Source: a virus. From it: DNA of 64,000 bases. The stretch covers positions 1-64,000 of the IMG/VR virus record IMGVR_UViG_3300023273_000760. One strand, 5' to 3'. Both the position numbers and the translations under genes were made by a program. Positions within the stretch are counted from its first letter, which is position 1. Each line of letters begins with the position of its first letter. Positions 9,488 through 17,756 of the stretch are shown piece by piece. The notes beneath the pieces are model-generated. The model was not told where the DNA came from. It saw only the letters and a list, made by a program, of their open reading frames with translations, and ran no database searches.

Positions 9488-10417
9488 ATGGCAGAAAATA
9501 ATGAAATTGGTAGTTCTATTCAGTCGGGAATTTCAACAGAACTTCCTAAAGGACCTATCAATGCTAACCCGTTAGCAAAACATTTTAGACAGCCTAAAAT
9601 TTATATTAGATTACCATCTGGTGGCAAATACTGGAAACGTGGTTCTTTAGAAGTTACTGAAAGCGGAGAATATCCTGTTTATTCAATGACTGCTAAGGAC
9701 GAACTAGTTTTAAAGACTCCAGATGCTTTAATGAACGGTGAATCAACAGCAACAATGATGTCTAGTTGTATTCCTCATATTAAAAATGCTTTTGATTGCC
9801 CTAGTATTGATCTTGATACAATTTTAGTTGCTATTAGAATTGCAACGTTTGGCGAAAGACTGACTATAACATCAAAAGTTCCAAATACCGAACTCACTAA
9901 AGACTTTGATATTAATCTAGTTGAATTATTAGATCGACTTCAACAGCGCGAGTATCCGGAAAAGTTTACTATTGATGATTTTACATTTACAATGGAACCT
10001 ACAACATATAAGTTGTTTACTGATATGTCGTTATTAAGATTTGAAGAACAACGTAAGTTACAACAAATTCAAGGTAATGATAAAATGGATGATAAAGAGA
10101 AATTAAAATTGTTTAATGCATCTTTTTCAAAACTTACTAATATTGCAGTTGACTTAGTAATTTCACAAATTAAAAGTGTTCAGTATCTTAGTGATCAGCC
10201 TGTTACAGATAAGTCCCATATTAAAGACTTTTTTGAAAACGTTGAAGGAACATTGTACGAAAGAATCCAAAAGTACATCGAAGAATTAAAAGAGGAATTT
10301 ACTATTCCAGACTTTGATGTAACTGCTACCCCAGAAGAAATTGAGGCAGGTGCACCTGAAACTTATAAAGTTCCAGTGTCATTTGATCAATCAAATTTTT
10401 TCGCACGTCAATTGTAA
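9488..10417 (+). CDS. gp26: Baseplate hub assembly chaperone, T4 gp26-like
   Basis: IRLPSGGKYW, MTAKDELVL, IDLDTILVAIRIAT, C-terminal NFF. Confidence 0.75.
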   Translation: MAENNEIGSSIQSGISTELPKGPINANPLAKHFRQPKIYIRLPSGGKYWKRGSLEVTESGEYPVYSMTAKDELVLKTPDALMNGESTATMMSSCIPHIKNAFDCPSIDLDTILVAIRIATFGERLTITSKVPNTELTKDFDINLVELLDRLQQREYPEKFTIDDFTFTMEPTTYKLFTDMSLLRFEEQRKLQQIQGNDKMDDKEKLKLFNASFSKLTNIAVDLVISQIKSVQYLSDQPVTDKSHIKDFFENVEGTLYERIQKYIEELKEEFTIPDFDVTATPEEIEAGAPETYKVPVSFDQSNFFARQL

Positions 10418-10632
10418 GCCAGCCTCTTGACGAAATCCTTCGTAGAACTGAAGCATTAGAAAACGAACAACGGCAAATTAAATACGATATGCTTAAAATT
10501 GTATGGTATATGCGAGGTGGTGTATCGTTAACAGAAGCCTATGATATGGGTCCAGAGGATCGTAAAATTATAGGTAAGATTGTTGAAGAAAATTTAGAAA
10601 CTACTAAAACTTCTAAACTACCATTCTTTTAA
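10387..10632 (+). CDS. gp51-like hub assembly protein, probably the frameshift extension of gp26 (absent from ORF track)
   Basis: Reads ...DEILRRTEALENEQRQIKYDMLKIVWYMRGGVSLTEAYDMGPEDRKIIGKIVEENLETTKTSKLPFF*; first ATG only at 10489, with no clear RBS. Confidence 0.65.
   Translation, partial: SIKFFRTSIVSQPLDEILRRTEALENEQRQIKYDMLKIVWYMRGGVSLTEAYDMGPEDRKIIGKIVEENLETTKTSKLPFF
10393..10402 (+). other. -1 ribosomal slippery site (A AAT TTT / T TTT TTC)
   Basis: Two overlapping X XXY YYZ heptamers in the gp26 frame; -1 frame open 10387-10632. Confidence 0.65.
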
Positions 10633-10652
10633 AATAAAAAGTTTGTTAAAAT

Positions 10653-10682
10653 AAAATAGGGCTCGAAAGGCCCTATTTTTTT
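10653..10682. terminator. Bidirectional intrinsic terminator
   Basis: AAAATAGGGC-TCGAAAG-GCCCTATTTT(TTT) between convergent genes. Confidence 0.85.
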
Positions 10683-12909
10683 ATCTGAATCGTTCGCCTG
10701 GTCGTGTAGTTCTTGCTGGTGCCGCTGGAGTTGCTCCTGCCGCCGCTTTACTTGTCATTGTTTTTGTAACTTGTGCTTGTTTAGTTCCTGCTTTAACACC
10801 TGGTGCTGTTAATTGATCTTTTACAAGTTTAGCAACATTTGCTTTTGTAATCTCTTTAGCAAGTTCTTCAAGGTCTGGTCTACCTAATCCTTTTGTATCA
10901 GCACTTGCTGATTTACCAGTTGCCATGTTTACCCATGATTGACCTAACCAAATATGATCTTGTCCGTTTGCTTGTCTAACAAGTCCAATATTTTTACCGT
11001 CTCTATTTGCTTCAATGGCTCCGTCTACTGCTGGATTTTTAGGATCAACTAGTTTAGCATCACCTTTAACCCATTTAGCAATTTCTTCATCACTTGCACG
11101 TCTTTCGCCTGCTGATGCGCCTGCATTGCCTGCTGATGCGCCTGCACTACCACTTGCACCCTGACCACCGCTTGTTGACGCTGTATCAGCGTTAGAACCG
11201 CCATCTGCTTGTGTTGTATTAGTTCCTGCATCACTTTTAGCGTCACCACCTGTTCCACTAGCGCCACCTTTAGCGTCACCACCTGTTACACCAGCGCCAC
11301 CTTTAGCATCGCCGCCTGTTCCACCAGTTTCGCTATCTGCTGTTTTTCCTGCACTAGCGGCAGGTGCTGGTAAATCTACTTTTTGTTCTTGACCAATTGA
11401 TTTAATATCATCTGAGGATAGACCTGCATCTGCTAGTATGTTTGCAATACTACCTGCATCAGTAGGCTCTCCCATTTTTTTCCATGACTTGTTTAGTTTG
11501 TTAGCAGTAACTTTATTACCTAAGTCTTTACCAACTTGCTTAACACCTGCGGCCGCTTTGCCTGCCGCGCCTTTAACTGCGCCACCAACTGCACTTGCCG
11601 CTTTGCCTAATCCGCGTTTCATCTTTGCGCCAAGCGAGTTTGGATTGTCTAATGGTAATTCACCTTGTGCTGGATCTGCTTCTGCAATATACTGTTCTAA
11701 TAGATATTTGTAAGAAGTTTCGTAATCAATTGACTCTTCTGCTTTTGCTCCGCCGCCTTGTAAATCAAGTTCACCTTGTTCTGGTTCTACTTCTTCGCCG
11801 CCAACTTTGATAGGTGTTTGCTTACCTGAGGCTTGTACACTACCTTGTGCCGCCGCCGCAATGGCGCTGTTTGCCATTTCTAAGTTACTTAAGAATTGAT
11901 CGTTTGCTACCGCAACTGCTTTTGAAATTTCATTTGAAAGATTCATGTCCGCAATGAATTCTGCCTTGTCAAAGGTCTTTGCAAATGTCCATAATTCGTT
12001 AAATGCATTTATGCCTTCTGGACTATTGCTGGTTCCGCCAGCAGTTGCATCTCTCATCACGTCAAGTAGTCTTGTAAATTCTCCCACTTGATCTTCTGGA
12101 ATAACCATAGATCCTAGTTCTTTGACACTGCTGAATCCGGGCACTTCAAATGTTTTTGTAAATCCTACTTCAAGTGTAGTGAGTCCTGGTGCCTTATCAT
12201 AAGGAATTGCATCGTATCTTAATCCTTCTAACCAGTCTCCAATGCCGTCTAATGCCCAACCTGCAATAGCACCGTATGCGGCTGTTTTAATTGACTTACC
12301 AACTGCACTTGAAAGTTTTTCGCCTTGCAATAATTCTTTTGTTGAACGTAGTATTAAACCTGCGGCCGCACCACCTACTGGACCACCGGCAAATGCCGCA
12401 ATCGCTGTTAAGATACCAACTGCTAAACTTGCTTTGCCTGGATTTTCTTTTGCCCAATCACTTACTTTTTGTATGCCTTGTACAATTTTACTGTCTTTGT
12501 TGTTTGCTGTAATTTGTTTTTTAAGATCTTCAAACTTAGCATCAGCGTTTTTAATAGGACCTGCATTTTGTGCCATGCGTCCAAGTTCATTAATTTTAGC
12601 ATCAACCTTTTTAGCAATGTCCACAGGAAGTTTAGCGGCCGCCGCAACACCAGCGCCTACTTTGCCTGCTATTGTTTTATTATCTCCACCGGCCATTGCA
12701 CGTTGTTCAGCACCTTGGAATATAGCATTAATTTGATCAGCAGTTAGTTCTGCTTCTGCAAGTTTAACGTATTCTTCAAGTAGGGGCCAAAGTTCGCGTT
12801 CCCATCTATTAAGATAAATCTTTTGAGTTTCAGTTAGTGTTTGATATGAACTTTCAGTTAATATCTGTGCTGTTCTATTGTTAGGTTTGTTAATTTCGTT
12901 TAAATTCAT
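10681..12909 (-). CDS. Hypothetical protein, probable internal virion protein
   Basis: 742 aa, N-terminal MNLNEI, hydrophobic Gly/Ala segment, low-complexity G/A/S/T linker; downstream of a late promoter. Confidence 0.55.
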   Translation of the reverse strand: MNLNEINKPNNRTAQILTESSYQTLTETQKIYLNRWERELWPLLEEYVKLAEAELTADQINAIFQGAEQRAMAGGDNKTIAGKVGAGVAAAAKLPVDIAKKVDAKINELGRMAQNAGPIKNADAKFEDLKKQITANNKDSKIVQGIQKVSDWAKENPGKASLAVGILTAIAAFAGGPVGGAAAGLILRSTKELLQGEKLSSAVGKSIKTAAYGAIAGWALDGIGDWLEGLRYDAIPYDKAPGLTTLEVGFTKTFEVPGFSSVKELGSMVIPEDQVGEFTRLLDVMRDATAGGTSNSPEGINAFNELWTFAKTFDKAEFIADMNLSNEISKAVAVANDQFLSNLEMANSAIAAAAQGSVQASGKQTPIKVGGEEVEPEQGELDLQGGGAKAEESIDYETSYKYLLEQYIAEADPAQGELPLDNPNSLGAKMKRGLGKAASAVGGAVKGAAGKAAAGVKQVGKDLGNKVTANKLNKSWKKMGEPTDAGSIANILADAGLSSDDIKSIGQEQKVDLPAPAASAGKTADSETGGTGGDAKGGAGVTGGDAKGGASGTGGDAKSDAGTNTTQADGGSNADTASTSGGQGASGSAGASAGNAGASAGERRASDEEIAKWVKGDAKLVDPKNPAVDGAIEANRDGKNIGLVRQANGQDHIWLGQSWVNMATGKSASADTKGLGRPDLEELAKEITKANVAKLVKDQLTAPGVKAGTKQAQVTKTMTSKAAAGATPAAPARTTRPGERFR
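11236..11326. repeat. 33-nt imperfect tandem repeat, ~2.7 copies (GGDAK units)
   Basis: tttagc(g/a)tc(a/g)cc(a/g)cctgtt units start at 11236, 11269 and 11302. Confidence 0.85.
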
Positions 12910-13529
12910 TATATCATACTCGCTAATCGTTTTTTATCTGCATCATTTAACAAATCTAATTGAGACTGTATACTTGCTGGAATTTCACTTGCTGGACCTG
13001 CCGCACTACCGTTTGCTGTTGGAGGTGCTTTACCATCAGGTGCTGTTGAACTACCTGTATCTGTTGATGCTCCAGTTGTTCCGCCTTTTGCACCTTGTTG
13101 TGCGCCAGCACCTGGTGCAGGTGAATCGCCAGTGCCAGTTGGAGCAGGTGTTGCACCACCTCCAACTTTTTTAGAATCTTGTACAACTTTTAATAGGATT
13201 TTGTCTAGCATGGCCTTGTTTAGTTGTCCTGTGCCAACATTGTTGTCAACAGCCTGTTCAGGATATTTTTTGCTTTTAAGCCAAGCACTAAGATCAGTAG
13301 CATCAAACTTGCTAATATTTTGTCCTGTTTGACCCATGTAGTTTTGGAATTCTCCACGAAGTTTATTTGCTTCGTCACCGGTATCAACTTGACCTGCGAT
13401 ACCCATAGCAGTGTCTTTAGCACCTACTTTTGCTAGTGCTTTAGCACCAAATTTCTTTAAACCTTGCTTAATAGCACCTACAGGTGCTTCGGAAACAGGT
13501 TTTTTAACAGCAATCTCGTTTATTTTCAT
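12909..13529 (-). CDS. Hypothetical protein, probable internal virion protein
   Basis: 206 aa, N-terminal MKINEI...VSE; AGGA RBS and TATAAATA upstream. Confidence 0.6.
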   Translation of the reverse strand: MKINEIAVKKPVSEAPVGAIKQGLKKFGAKALAKVGAKDTAMGIAGQVDTGDEANKLRGEFQNYMGQTGQNISKFDATDLSAWLKSKKYPEQAVDNNVGTGQLNKAMLDKILLKVVQDSKKVGGGATPAPTGTGDSPAPGAGAQQGAKGGTTGASTDTGSSTAPDGKAPPTANGSAAGPASEIPASIQSQLDLLNDADKKRLASMI

Positions 13530-13557
13530 TTCAAAATCCTAATCTGTAATGTATTAC

Positions 13558-13585
13558 TATTTATATCAAACTGTAGTAATAAATA
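13558..13585. promoter_or_regulatory. Divergent late promoter boxes
   Basis: TATAAATA (-, 13558-13565) and AATAAATA (+, 13578-13585). Confidence 0.65.
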
Positions 13586-13592
13586 TTCTACG

Positions 13593-13781
13593 ATGAGATA
13601 TACATTTAATATCGTCGATGTGTTGGGCAACATCGTTGAAGAAGGGCTATCCTCAGAGGAAGAAGCATCTACAGTTTTAGGTATTCTTCAACACAATGGA
13701 ATAGACACATCATCTTATATTATCAATAAGATTGAACATTATACAGTTAAGGGTTTAGGAAGAGATCCTGATTTACATTAA
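13593..13781 (+). CDS. Hypothetical protein (62 aa, MRYTFNIVD...GLGRDPDLH)
   Basis: Start reassigned to ATG 13593, 7 nt after a late box; the upstream part of the tracked ORF overlaps the opposite gene. Confidence 0.6.
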   Translation: MRYTFNIVDVLGNIVEEGLSSEEEASTVLGILQHNGIDTSSYIINKIEHYTVKGLGRDPDLH

Positions 13782-13789
13782 TGAATAAT

Positions 13790-14254
13790 CTATCAAACTC
13801 ATATATTGATAAACACAGTGTTTAGTAGATGTGCTAAAGCACATCTTGTTTTCGCTATCGCTCAAACACTTAATTTCTTTTTAATTAACAACAATAATTG
13901 CGAAGCAATTTAGCATCATGTAGATAGTTGAGCCACAATTCGCCCGTTGCCGGACGAATTGAGTAATTTGGGCCATCATGTGAGTTAGCCTTCACCACAC
14001 TGTTAAAGAAGATTACATATAATATGTACAGAGGCGGTAGATCGTCAACCCCTTACTTCAGCATTCGCAGTATCCACGGACGGCAGTTGTTCCTTAACAG
14101 TGCAAAAACACTTGCCGCGTATGTTGTATCTTTTTCACAGAGCATACATCTTTTATGCCTTAAGTTAGCATTTTCCTTGCAACGCACCAGTATCTGAATA
14201 TGGTATCTCACATATCCTCAAGATGAGTCGAGCATCCCCGACCAAACAATGTTG
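13790..14254 (-). ncRNA. Candidate large structured RNA (~460 nt) following the GIY-YIG gene
   Basis: Longest ORF-free gap in the window. Multiple helices use G-U pairs only on the minus strand; GCAA tetraloop; 14-bp long-range helix. Boundaries approximate. Confidence 0.65.
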
Positions 14255-14695
14255 CTATATCTTTGCCTTGATGCTATGTTCTAGCAATGCCTGTCGTAAT
14301 TTGTCTGAACCGCCAACTCTAACATTAATAATACCGTTGTAATAATCATCTCTCTCTAATACACGGCGGTCAAACTGTTCTCGTGCCTCTATGTAGGACA
14401 TTTCGCCCCTACCTTTACATAGGTATAATATTTCTCTTGTGAAGTTTTCTGGACCTAGTGCTTGTACATCAGCATTAAGACGATCTGATGAACCCCAATA
14501 GTCCTTCCAATCGCTTTCCTTAGTGCCTCTGCGTTTATTCTTTTTGCCTTTGAGTGGTGGCTTTGTGGTTTTAAATTTGGCTAGTTTCTTGCCTATATAC
14601 TTTTGCCCAGTGGTTGTATTTGTGATTAGATAAACAAATCCTTCATACTCGTCTGGTATAGTGTTTATCTGTTGTCCTTTGTAAGTCCAGTCCAT
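14255..14695 (-). CDS. Stand-alone GIY-YIG (Seg-like) nuclease domain protein
   Basis: GFVYLITN...KYIGKK, YWGSS, NFTREIL, EAREQ, YYNG; no C-terminal DNA-binding extension. Confidence 0.85.
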   Translation of the reverse strand: MDWTYKGQQINTIPDEYEGFVYLITNTTTGQKYIGKKLAKFKTTKPPLKGKKNKRRGTKESDWKDYWGSSDRLNADVQALGPENFTREILYLCKGRGEMSYIEAREQFDRRVLERDDYYNGIINVRVGGSDKLRQALLEHSIKAKI

Positions 14696-14700
14696 ACTGA

Positions 14701-14708
14701 TACTTACC
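14701..14708 (-). promoter_or_regulatory. Late promoter-like box (GGTAAGTA)
   Basis: TAA(A/G)TA variant 5 nt before the GIY-YIG ATG, same spacing as other boxes. Confidence 0.45.
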
Positions 14709-14713
14709 GTTGC

Positions 14714-14920
14714 CTATTTTTTCTTGTCTTGTTTTTGGTTCTTAAATGTTGTTAGAATCTCATCTGCACGTTGTTTAGCATGATTGCGTATTTCACGAAG
14801 CCATTTTCGAGATTCTTGCATAGTTCGCTCGCCTTTAAAACGCTCAAACTTTTCGTTTGCTTTAAAGTATTCTAAGTAAGCCTTAGTTAATTTGTCATGT
14901 GTATCGTCTTCAATGCTCAT
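14714..14920 (-). CDS. Small basic helical hypothetical protein (68 aa)
   Basis: ATGA-coupled to the gp46 stop; K/R-rich. Confidence 0.7.
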   Translation of the reverse strand: MSIEDDTHDKLTKAYLEYFKANEKFERFKGERTMQESRKWLREIRNHAKQRADEILTTFKNQKQDKKK

Positions 14921-16689
14921 TCTACAATATCAACGTCGTTTGCGTAACTAGTGAAGCCGTTTTCTTTTATAACTTTAAGTACATTTTGTACACGACCTTG
15001 TAGTTCGTCTTTATGTGAAATCAAATAGATATTCTTCTTACGTTCTCTACCCATTTTCTTAAGAATAGCAAGACTGCTTTCAACACCAGCAGTGTCCATA
15101 CCACTATCAATTAACTCGTCAACGAATAATAAGTTAACATTTTGATATAAACTTTCCCAAACATCACGGAATGCAAAACTTAGTCCTAAGATAAGTCTAT
15201 TGCGTTCACCTCTTGACAAGTTATCAAAGTCTAAGTCTTGTCCGAGTTGTGTAATCTCAACATTCAAATCGTTTTGGAATACTACTTGATGCGGTAATCC
15301 GATACGATCTAAATAATATGTTAATCTGTTGTTTAGATATGCAAGATTTTGTTCAATAATCTTTTTACGAATAAACGAATCTTTATTTGTTAATAGTTTG
15401 TATAAAAATTCTTGATGTTCTTTAAGACTTGTTAATTCGTTAATAGTGTCCCATGAAACTTCTTGAATAGCAGTTTGTTGTAATTCTTCAATTTGATCAA
15501 CATATGGATCGTTTTCTGTTTCTTTAGACTCTAATGCTCGTTTTAAATTATCAACATTACTTCGATGCTCGTATGCTTCTTTGGCTGTTTCATAAAATGT
15601 GTTAGGTTTTGCATCTAGATCACCTATTTCATCTAATTTAGATTGCACATTAATATACTTGTCATTAATCTCCATTAAGTATGTCATTGTTTCGCCATAC
15701 TCTTCTTGGAGTTGTAATTCAATTTGATGTTTCTTTTCTTCGTGTAGTTCTTGACCACAACTGTGACACTTCGCATTAACAAGATTTTCTAAGTCTTTTG
15801 TATACTTTGTAATTTGTTTGTCGGTTTGAGTTAATGCACTTTCAAGTGTAGAACGTTCTTTTTCAAGATTAGTTTTTTGCTTATTGTTTTCAGACCAATT
15901 AGCCAATAACTCGTGTGCTTCGAGTTCTTTTTCAATGTCTAAATGTTCTAATTCATCAATGCCTTTTTGTAAACGGTCACAATCTTTAGCATTTGATTGA
16001 CGCCAAGCACTTGATTTAACTTTTAAACTTTCAATAGTTTCTGCAATTTTCTCATTGCTTGTTTGTACTGCATTAATACGAGCAGTTTCATCTGTAATAG
16101 CATCTCGAACTTCTTTTTGTTTTATTTTTAGTTCTTCGGCTTTTTCAGTTAGAATAGTAATACCTAACAACTGTTCAATAATAGCACGTTGATCGTTTGA
16201 TTTCATTGCTAAAAAAGGTTCAGTGTACGTATTAAGAGCAACAATATGCTTAAACATATCATGGCTCATGTGTAATAATGTATTAATTTCGTCTTGTGTT
16301 CGTCGACTGTCGCCTTGTGACTCATCAGTCATCTCTTGTTCGTTATCATCAATGTAGAACTTTAGTAGATTAGGACTGCGTCCACGCTCAATTCTATATT
16401 GTGTTCCGTCTTTTTCAAATTCTAGTGTAACTAACATACCTTTAGAATTTGTTTTGTTAATTAAGTTATTAAGTTTGATATTTGTTAATGCTTGTCCATA
16501 CAAAGCATAACTTAATGCGTTAGCAATAGTAGTCTTACCTGTACCATTTCGTGAACCACTGTCGTCACCACCTTGGTCTAAGTTCTCGCCTAGTACTAAT
16601 GTAAGTTGTCTGTTACTAAAATCTACAGCCTGGGTCTGATTGCCCACACTCATAAAGTTTTTAACAGTTAAATCTTTTAACAAAATCAT
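14917..16689 (-). CDS. gp46: Recombination endonuclease ATPase subunit (gp46/SbcC/Rad50)
   Basis: Walker A NGTGKTT, zinc hook CHSC, signature LSRGE, Walker B LLFVDE, ISH. Confidence 0.95.
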   Translation of the reverse strand: MILLKDLTVKNFMSVGNQTQAVDFSNRQLTLVLGENLDQGGDDSGSRNGTGKTTIANALSYALYGQALTNIKLNNLINKTNSKGMLVTLEFEKDGTQYRIERGRSPNLLKFYIDDNEQEMTDESQGDSRRTQDEINTLLHMSHDMFKHIVALNTYTEPFLAMKSNDQRAIIEQLLGITILTEKAEELKIKQKEVRDAITDETARINAVQTSNEKIAETIESLKVKSSAWRQSNAKDCDRLQKGIDELEHLDIEKELEAHELLANWSENNKQKTNLEKERSTLESALTQTDKQITKYTKDLENLVNAKCHSCGQELHEEKKHQIELQLQEEYGETMTYLMEINDKYINVQSKLDEIGDLDAKPNTFYETAKEAYEHRSNVDNLKRALESKETENDPYVDQIEELQQTAIQEVSWDTINELTSLKEHQEFLYKLLTNKDSFIRKKIIEQNLAYLNNRLTYYLDRIGLPHQVVFQNDLNVEITQLGQDLDFDNLSRGERNRLILGLSFAFRDVWESLYQNVNLLFVDELIDSGMDTAGVESSLAILKKMGRERKKNIYLISHKDELQGRVQNVLKVIKENGFTSYANDVDIVE

Positions 16690-16692
16690 ATT

Positions 16693-17697
16693 TTATAACT
16701 CATGGTAAATGTCTAGTAGTTTTTGTTTGTTGTAATTTTCCGATTCAATTGCTTCAATCTCTTGTGATACAATTTGATCAATACTTTCAAACTTTGTAAT
16801 ATCAATATCTGAATTTATTTCGTCATCTTGTGTACTAGGAATTAATGTAATTTCTCTACACTCGAAATTCTTCATAAATTCTTCTTTAATGAAACTTGCT
16901 TCTTCGTAACTAATTGGAATATCTAGTGTTACTCTTAGATACATATTGGGTTTAATAAGTGTATCTTTTTGATCAATAAGTTGCGATAATTTTACAGTTC
17001 TATACTTAGGACATTGCGGCCAATCAATATACTGTGGTTCGCCACCATGTTCTAAAATCATCATACCGCGTTTATCATCCCAAGCATCAGCATAGTTGTG
17101 CGGAAACGCATTACCAATATATGTAATATTTCCTAATGTTTGACGTTTATGAAAATGTCCTGAGAATACATATTCTTGATGTTTAAAATGTTCTGCTTGA
17201 AGTTCGCCTGTTTCAGGCATTTTTACCATAGCATTCATATAAAAGTTTGGAAGTTCAAAATGCCCAAACATATATTTGCTTTTAACTTTAGGAATTTGTT
17301 TCCATTCTTCGCCTACTAGCCAAGGGACCATTGTACTATCACCAATTGTTGTCATTTTATTAACAACAGTAATACCGTCAATGTGATTAGCAAATTCTAC
17401 AGAATGGATATCCCGTTTATCTTTATAGTATAAATCGTGATTACCGGGAAAGTAAAAGAATTGATCAAATGCTTTTCCTAGTTTTTCCAATGAACGTATC
17501 GAATGGTCCATCGTAATAATATTTAAACTGTTTCTGTTATGGTGCCAGTCGCCCATAAAGATGCCTGTTTCACATCCATTTAATTTTGCTTGTTCAATAT
17601 ACCAATCAACAAATGATTCACAGTCTTCGTTGTGCGTTTTAGAGTTAGATTTTAATCCAAAATGGATATCAGTAAACACTGCCGCTTTTTTAAACAC
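16693..17697 (-). CDS. gp47: Recombination endonuclease nuclease subunit (gp47/SbcD/Mre11)
   Basis: DIHFG, GDWHH, GNHD, GHFE, SGHFH metallophosphoesterase motifs; GTG start with GGAG RBS. Confidence 0.95.
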   Translation of the reverse strand: MFKKAAVFTDIHFGLKSNSKTHNEDCESFVDWYIEQAKLNGCETGIFMGDWHHNRNSLNIITMDHSIRSLEKLGKAFDQFFYFPGNHDLYYKDKRDIHSVEFANHIDGITVVNKMTTIGDSTMVPWLVGEEWKQIPKVKSKYMFGHFELPNFYMNAMVKMPETGELQAEHFKHQEYVFSGHFHKRQTLGNITYIGNAFPHNYADAWDDKRGMMILEHGGEPQYIDWPQCPKYRTVKLSQLIDQKDTLIKPNMYLRVTLDIPISYEEASFIKEEFMKNFECREITLIPSTQDDEINSDIDITKFESIDQIVSQEIEAIESENYNKQKLLDIYHEL

Positions 17698-17722
17698 TAT
17701 ATTTTCTCCAGGTTACTATACA

Positions 17723-17751
17723 ATAATACACTACCTTTATGTAAAAGTCAA
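17723..17751 (-). promoter_or_regulatory. Sigma70-type promoter for gp47-gp46
   Basis: TTGACT-N17-TATTAT. Confidence 0.7.
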
Positions 17752-17756
17752 CTATT

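Noticed and set aside
14250-14265. AAGAUAUAGC at the GIY-YIG stop resembles the group I intron S element
   Set aside because: Only 18 nt separate the ORF from the upstream gene, no P/Q/R elements were found, and no interrupted host gene flanks the locus.
14714-14920. Resemblance to histone H1-like Hc1 proteins
   Set aside because: Only compositional and weak motif similarity; not supportable without a search.
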